From: Phycisphaerae bacterium
GTDB lineage: Bacteria > Planctomycetota > Phycisphaerae > UBA1845
DNA length: 64,000 bases
Assembly (NCBI GenBank): GCA_963666835.2
Contig: CAXXGO010000005.1
Coordinates: 244,222 to 308,221 of the forward strand
Direction of reading: 5' to 3'
Part shown: one piece after another, positions 61,753 through 64,000 of the stretch
Layout of the letters: each line of letters opens with the position of its first letter
Numbering within the stretch: the first letter of the stretch is position 1
Program-made: the position numbers and the translations under genes
The notes under the pieces: generated by a model
Told to the model about the DNA's origin: nothing
The model's input: only the letters and a program-made list of their open reading frames with translations
Database searches by the model: none

Positions 61753-62280
61753 ATGGATTCTCGCATGAACGCCTGGCAGGACACTCTCTACGACCTGTGT
61801 TTCCAGCTTGACCTGGTCAATCCCAAGGCCATCGCTCACCGGCTGCATCGCGCCCGCAACTACCTCTCTGATGTATGCCGTCGCGACCGCGTCGACCCGA
61901 TCGCGATCTTCAACGAGATATTGAAGGACGCCGAGCCGCTGGCCGTCTCCGATCCTCGGCGTCACGCCCAGATCGGTACGGCTGTGTTCGGTTTGTTATG
62001 TTCCGGTACCCGCTGGTTTCCGGCCTACGTAGCTCCCGAGCCCGCCGCCTCCCCGACATCCTCGGCCGACTTCACCCGGCTCTGCGAGCACGCGGGCATC
62101 CTGTGTGAGGACCTCGGCGGGGTCGTCAAGAGTCTCGCCGCTATCGAGCGTGACGGTCAGTACAACGAGGCGGACGATGCCGAGATCAACGGGTTCCAGG
62201 TCAAGATGCAGCAACTAATCGCCCGCTTGCACGCCATCGGCGTAGACCTCCGCCGTCGCCGCCAGGAGTCCCCCTCATGA
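61753..62280 (+). CDS. Phage CII/YmfL-like regulatory protein
   Basis: GGAGG RBS; HTH-like KAIAHRLHRARNYLS; C-terminal helical hairpin with DGQYNEAD. Confidence 0.65.
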   Translation: MDSRMNAWQDTLYDLCFQLDLVNPKAIAHRLHRARNYLSDVCRRDRVDPIAIFNEILKDAEPLAVSDPRRHAQIGTAVFGLLCSGTRWFPAYVAPEPAASPTSSADFTRLCEHAGILCEDLGGVVKSLAAIERDGQYNEADDAEINGFQVKMQQLIARLHAIGVDLRRRRQESPS

Positions 62281-62657
62281 TCCCGATTCTCCCCGCCGTA
62301 GCGCAGGCTTCCAGCCTGCTTTTCGCCACCCACGTAGCGCAGGCATCCTGCCTGCCCAACTCCCCCCCTTACCTGAGCCCCCCCTTTCAAGGGGGGGATG
62401 CGGGGGTCTCTTCGATCTTGTTCTTCGCCGGCGTGCTGCTCGCGATCGGTTTCGGCATCTGCTACTTCTCCGCCGGCCTCCGCCAACGGACCCTCAGTTG
62501 TCATTGCGGCCGCGAGCAAACCCACAACGCGTTAACGCTCACCGACACAGACGCCGCCGAGATCACCGCGCGGCTCACGGCCCTCTGCCCCGTCTGCCGG
62601 GCTCAGGGCCGCGACATCGTTCCGACTAACCAAAGGGGGAGAAACCATGATTGCTGA
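62277..62657 (+). CDS. Membrane-anchored Zn-finger protein with repeat-derived N-terminal insert
   Basis: ATGA overlap; TM helix; CHC...CPVC. Confidence 0.65.
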   Translation: MIPILPAVAQASSLLFATHVAQASCLPNSPPYLSPPFQGGDAGVSSILFFAGVLLAIGFGICYFSAGLRQRTLSCHCGREQTHNALTLTDTDAAEITARLTALCPVCRAQGRDIVPTNQRGRNHDC

Positions 62658-62904
62658 TCATCAAGAGTGTCCGCATTGCGGTGGGGCGATCCCGCGCGAG
62701 CACTTCGCCCACGAAGACCAGCCCGGCACGGGCACCGCCATCACCTTGTTGTATTGCGCCCATTGTGGCTGGGGGGTTGAGACTCTCTGGCGGGTGACGG
62801 GCCAGAGTCACGCCGAGGACTTCTCGTTGGAGTTTCGGCGCGACCGCGACCCCGTCGCCCTCGGCCAGTTCCTGCAGAGGCTTCACGATCGCCGCGCCGC
62901 GTAA
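62647..62904 (+). CDS. Small Zn-finger protein
   Basis: CPHCG...CAHCG; GGAG RBS. Confidence 0.75.
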   Translation: MIADHQECPHCGGAIPREHFAHEDQPGTGTAITLLYCAHCGWGVETLWRVTGQSHAEDFSLEFRRDRDPVALGQFLQRLHDRRAA

Positions 62905-62915
62905 CGGATTGACTA

Positions 62916-64000
62916 ATGCCCCTGGCTCAGCCCCAACTTCGCGCGACTCACGCCCCGGCGGACTTCATCCCCATCGCCGAGGCCGCCGCGCTGTTGGACT
63001 GCTCGCTCCGCACACTGCAGCATCGGTGCAAGCACCAGCTCGCCGCTCGCGGCCGGGCCGAGCTACGCCCACCGCCCGACGGGGGCAAGCCGAGCTGGTG
63101 GATCCGCCGGGTGGCCGATCCCCGGCTCACCAAGACGCCCGACTCCGACACCCGGGAAACCCGCGCCCGCAAGGTCCTACTGGAGCACTACCCCGCCCAC
63201 CAGGTCGACCGCGCCTACCGCCGCGCCCACTGGCTCCGCCGCTGGCGTGACCTCTGCAACGGCACCGCCTCTCCCACCAAGCCGGGCAATGGGTGGCCCA
63301 TCGCTTCAGCGGTGGGGGACTCGAACCACCGTCTGCCATTACGCCCCACCGACCGCGACCTCGCCGCCCAAGTGGTGGCCGAAGCCAAACGCATCGAAGG
63401 GGAGTCCTTCAGAATCTCCCCGCGGTCCTTGCAGTCCTGGCACCGCACGTATAATGCCATCGATCCAACCACCGGCGCCATTCGCGGCGTCGGCGGTTTG
63501 GTGTCCAACTACCGCAGCTCGGGGCACGCCGTAGCTGCGGTTACTGGGACAGTCGGCGGCGCCGGTGGCGGGTGTCCTACCCCGACCTCCCGTAACCCGG
63601 CCGCCGTCGACTACTTCTACTCGCTGTATCACACTCAATCGAAACATTCGATCCGGGTCTGTCACGCCGCCACAACGCGTGAGGCCCGCTCCAACGGTTG
63701 GTCCTGGCCGACGCACTACAACGCCACGGTCAGATGGCTCCGCGAGTATGACAACCTCTCCATCACGTTTCTCGCCCGTGAAGGTCGCGACAAGTGGCAG
63801 CGGCGGTTCATGCCGTTTCTGGAGCAGGACTGGTCGCTGGTTCGTCCCGGCCAGTTCTACGTTGGCGACCACACCCAGTGTGATTTCTGGTGCCTGTACG
63901 GTGACAAGTTCATCCGGCCCTGGCTGACTGCGTGGCAGGACTGCGCCTCGCGTTGCATCGTCGGCTACCACCTCGGGCCCGCCCCGCATCAAGACAGCAT
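62916..64000 (+). CDS. MuA-like DDE transposase, 3' end beyond window
   Basis: Manual translation, open to window end: HTH IAEAAALLDCSLRTLQ, ISPRSLQSW, PGQFYVGDHTQCDFW, RPWLTAWQDCASRCIVGY. Confidence 0.92.
   Translation, partial: MPLAQPQLRATHAPADFIPIAEAAALLDCSLRTLQHRCKHQLAARGRAELRPPPDGGKPSWWIRRVADPRLTKTPDSDTRETRARKVLLEHYPAHQVDRAYRRAHWLRRWRDLCNGTASPTKPGNGWPIASAVGDSNHRLPLRPTDRDLAAQVVAEAKRIEGESFRISPRSLQSWHRTYNAIDPTTGAIRGVGGLVSNYRSSGHAVAAVTGTVGGAGGGCPTPTSRNPAAVDYFYSLYHTQSKHSIRVCHAATTREARSNGWSWPTHYNATVRWLREYDNLSITFLAREGRDKWQRRFMPFLEQDWSLVRPGQFYVGDHTQCDFWCLYGDKFIRPWLTAWQDCASRCIVGYHLGPAPHQDS

Larger units (their letters stand above)
33200..64000. mobile_element. Mu-like transposable prophage, continues beyond window; left boundary approximate
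   Basis: Mu-type gp25-26-27, terminase, portal, gp30, protease, gpT capsid and gp36 in order, plus MuA-like DDE transposase. Confidence 0.93.

Overview
GC-rich bacterial window, most likely Planctomycetota (Phycisphaerae-like). This is inferred from DCNxNG Cys-repeat secreted proteases, dockerin-like tags, zinc-ribbon membrane proteins and GTAG-type palindromic repeats. About 1-33 kb is host chromosome: secreted papain and giant S8 proteases, an FGE/SUMF1 protein between ~450-bp direct repeats, prenyltransferase-repeat and LarA-like genes, a hybrid kinase, threonine aldolase, a surface-glycan cluster, an M14 peptidase, a nitrilase and tRNA-Val(CAC). From ~33.2 kb to the window end lies a Mu-like transposable prophage. 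Its late head/tail operon runs leftward and its early genes with the DDE transposase run rightward (B3/BcepMu-type layout). Main observations: (i) several palindromic repeat families colonise the prophage and sit in frame inside phage ORFs, including the transposase; (ii) a two-gene candidate anti-phage cassette; (iii) an apparently internally duplicated tail-tube protein with no adjacent chaperone, and no recognisable endolysin; (iv) twin hairpins in the late-operon leader; (v) a cohesin/dockerin-like protease locus. Several apparent single-base frameshifts may be sequencing errors. All family calls come from motif recognition by eye; no searches were run.
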